This document shows, piece by piece, positions 1-64,000 of a stretch of 64,000 nucleotides of DNA. Numbering within the stretch: the stretch's first letter is position 1; every line of letters starts with the position of its first letter. The notes beneath the pieces are model-generated. The model saw nothing but the letters and a program-made list of their open reading frames with translations. It made no database searches and was not told where the DNA came from. The position numbers and the translations under genes are program-made. Location: NCBI GenBank assembly GCA_964016885.1, contig OZ024765.1, forward strand, positions 12,772,001-12,836,000, given 5' to 3'. The DNA comes from Eledone cirrhosa (lineage: Eukaryota).

Positions 1-42
1 TTGCATTATGGTCCATCTGCTTCCTTACCACACCTCCTTCGT

Positions 43-424
43 TATAAAAGCAAGTCGGTCTGTCTGTGTACAATTACTAGGCTCCTTTTAACTTTTGAAG
101 TACTAGGCCGATTTCAACCAAATTTGGCACACGTATTGCTTATATGCCAGAGCAGGTTTTGGACAAAAACAAATTTGAAAAAAAAATATTTGGGCCGAAA
201 AATCGATTTTGTGTGTGTATCTGTCTGTGTACAAATACTAGGCTCCTTTAAACTTTTGAAGTACTAGGCCGATTTGGCATGTGCTATTGTGGCGACCTCT
301 CATTGGCTAGCCAATTAGCTGACATAAGCTGACATGCACTCAGAAATTGCTAGCTAAGCCATAAACGACCTTGAATAATTCAGGCTGTCATTCATTTCCC
401 GAGCAACGCCGGGTACATCTGCTA

Positions 425-425
<1 letters not shown>
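43..425 (+). mobile_element. Non-autonomous Helitron-like element
   Basis: Ends in hairpin cccgagcaacgccggg followed by ...gCTAGt, a typical Helitron 3' end; internal direct repeat at 59-113 and 221-274. Confidence 0.7.
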
Positions 426-470
<45 letters not shown>

Positions 471-636
471 ATATAATCATTTGGTATTGGTCAATGCAAG
501 AATAAGTACTCAATACCATAATAGAGTTTAATAGTTTATCAAGGTTGATCCTGTAGCCTGTTACTGTGTAGTTTCTTCTGTATCCCACAAGTTTGTCAGA
601 CAGTTAATGACAATTTCTATGCTTCTTTCTTTACAG

Positions 637-61783
<61,147 letters not shown>

Positions 61784-63396
61784 AGGAAGTCTTGATTGAA
61801 GTTATATATGGGAAATTTTTAAGAATAGCTTTGTGAAGATGATTTCATGGGAGATTTTCTGAAGATTTTTTTCAAAGAGGTTTTGAGATGAGTTTAAAAA
61901 AGGTTTGGAGGGGTTTTTTAAACAGAAATATTACAAAGAAATTGTTGAATATTTAAAAAAGAAAATGTTTATAATTCAAACTTTGGTTTTGTTATTGTTT
62001 GATTTAAATACTGCGATTTTGTGAGATAAAGGCTTTACCATGAAAATATAATAGTAAATATAGAGTATAAATAGAGTAATGTAAATGCTAATGGGTTAAC
62101 CCTTTCCTTACCATATTGCTTATGACATTGAGTTAGTTTGAATGTTGATGTATCATTTTAACTCCTTCCTTTCCCATATTGCTAATGCTATAGAATGTAT
62201 TTGAATTGATTAACGAATTTGGATGGATTACTGAATTTACTGCAGAGTCGTTAGAACATCGGATAGAATGCTTTATGGTATTTGTGCCAGCCCTCTGCTC
62301 TCTGAGTTCAAATACTGCCAATCCCTTTCTATCTTTCTCTGGAAGAAATCTGCTGTACTCAGGCCTTGGGAGGGATTGGCTCTGCCAGGCTTAAAATTGC
62401 CCAAGAAATGCTGTATGTCAATACGGTGCTTCAACGACTCTGTCGGGAGTTATGGGACCCTACATTCATACATGATGGCTGCCCCCTCATTATATCGTGC
62501 AATGGCCATTGCGCGATATAACATTATTAATAATTATCAATTAATGCTATCGTGCAATGCCTGTGCGTGAAGATTTTTTTGTAAAGCAAGGAAAGACTCT
62601 GCACTGAGCCAATCCCACTCTCTGAGCGACAGTAGCTATAAACCGAAAAGAAGAAAAGATCAACATCATCGGTAACTACTGAGCTGCAGGTTTTATATCA
62701 GAGTTATCCCAGTTTCCTGAGTTGCCTTCTCCTAGAAGAATGCCCTGACAAAGGCTAGGGGTCCTTCACTCCCAGTGGTTTAACCGCGCGATCGGGTATC
62801 CAGCCCGATTATTTCTATGTCCCTGCACATATACATACACACGCATACATGTATCTACATATATACATATATACACATGCATACATGTATATACATATTT
62901 ACACATTTTTCAATTGCCGTTGACTCTTATGAGTTCTTCCGCCCTTTGTCAGGTTTTGTTTTTTGTCCTGCAGGGTGTCCAAAATCACCTTCCTGACCAT
63001 GTAAACTTGGTGGGGTTGCCGGTTTAGTTGCCGACGACTATACATACATACATACATACTGAATATCTGCTACTGCCCTTTGAGAGTTTGTACTTCACCG
63101 GAGCAGTGGAGCAGAGCGGGGAAACTTTGCTCACTGTGGCTCTCTTCCTTTGCCCCCGCTACACACAGCAGTTCTCTTTTTGGTGCCCTGATCAAAAAGA
63201 AACTTTACCCAATGTGGCTCTACTCCTTGTCCTCCTCCTCCTCCTTCCCCACCTCATCCCCTCCCCTCCCCCTCTACACACAGCAGTTCTCCTCTTGGTG
63301 CCCTAATCAAAAAGTTGGAAAAACCAACAACAACACTAAGAAAATCACAACAAACAATACAAAAAAAACACAAAACCACAACAACTTCCGTTAGTC

Positions 63397-63783
63397 TCAG
63401 TCGGTGTCTGATTCACTGCTGCTGCTTTCGGAGAGCTTATACATCACCGGAGCAGTGGTGCGGGCAAATTTTACCGAACGTGGCTCCTTCCCTCTGCCTC
63501 TTCCTCTACCTCTACCTGAAGTAGTTTTACCTCGGCTGCCCTGCTGCCCTCGTCTTTTCATTGGCAACGTAGAGCCACAGCATTTCGGTAGTGAACCATC
63601 CTCTCTCATCTGCTGAACAACCTCTTTAGCTCGCTTCATTCGTTGTTCGTTGATTGAGGTGCTTGGTTGCTCCTGCTGGCATCGTTGCAATGCCCGCTGC
63701 ACTCTTTTGCTGCTGCACTTCTTACCGAGGATGCCCTCAGCAGCCGGTTCCCTGATGAAGAAGCTGGTGATTTCGAGTTGTTG
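63397..63783 (-). CDS. ERCC5: Terminal coding exon of an XPG/ERCC5-like excision-repair endonuclease
   Basis: Pyrimidine tract and ccacag| acceptor on - strand; QQLEITSFF (PIP box, cf. human QLRIDSFF), then SKRVQRAL (cf. SQRLNRAV), basic GR-rich NLS-like tail, TGA. Only one exon is visible. Confidence 0.7.
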   Translation of the reverse strand, partial: QQLEITSFFIREPAAEGILGKKCSSKRVQRALQRCQQEQPSTSINEQRMKRAKEVVQQMREDGSLPKCCGSTLPMKRRGQQGSRGKTTSGRGRGRGRGKEPRSVKFARTTAPVMYKLSESSSSESDTD

Positions 63784-63850
63784 CTGTGGAAGTTAACAGG
63801 AGGAAAAAAAAAGAATTATATAAATATATCGTCCTTACCACCATTATCCC

Positions 63851-63883
<33 letters not shown>

Positions 63884-64000
63884 TCCCACCACCACCACCA
63901 CCATTATAATCCACATCGCTCCCACCACCATTATCATCATCACCATCCTCACCACAACCACCACCATCACCATTATCATCAGCGCCACCAACACCACCAC

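Overview
This is eukaryotic, AT-rich, microsatellite- and transposon-dense DNA; the repeat repertoire suggests an octopus or other coleoid cephalopod (inference). Most of the window is one + strand gene: 31 GT-AG coding exons from 637 to 61783. They splice in consistent phase to 4141 nt, about 1379 aa plus stop, with the 5' part outside the window. The product matches DLEC1/CFAP81 as I recall the human protein. A convergent - strand terminal exon (63397-63783) carries an XPG/ERCC5-like PIP box. The introns hold RTE, CRE-like and R4/Dong-like LINE fragments, two tRNA-derived SINE families, piggyBac-like MITEs, hAT and Helitron-like elements, several TE-associated minisatellites and long trinucleotide tracts. 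The most notable hidden structure is about 11 type I hammerhead ribozyme motifs of the kind known from Penelope-like elements. Four are sense to the pre-mRNA and several sit inside long palindromes. Nearly all ORFs in the supplied track are repeat artefacts. All homology calls come from recall and manual inspection, not database searches.
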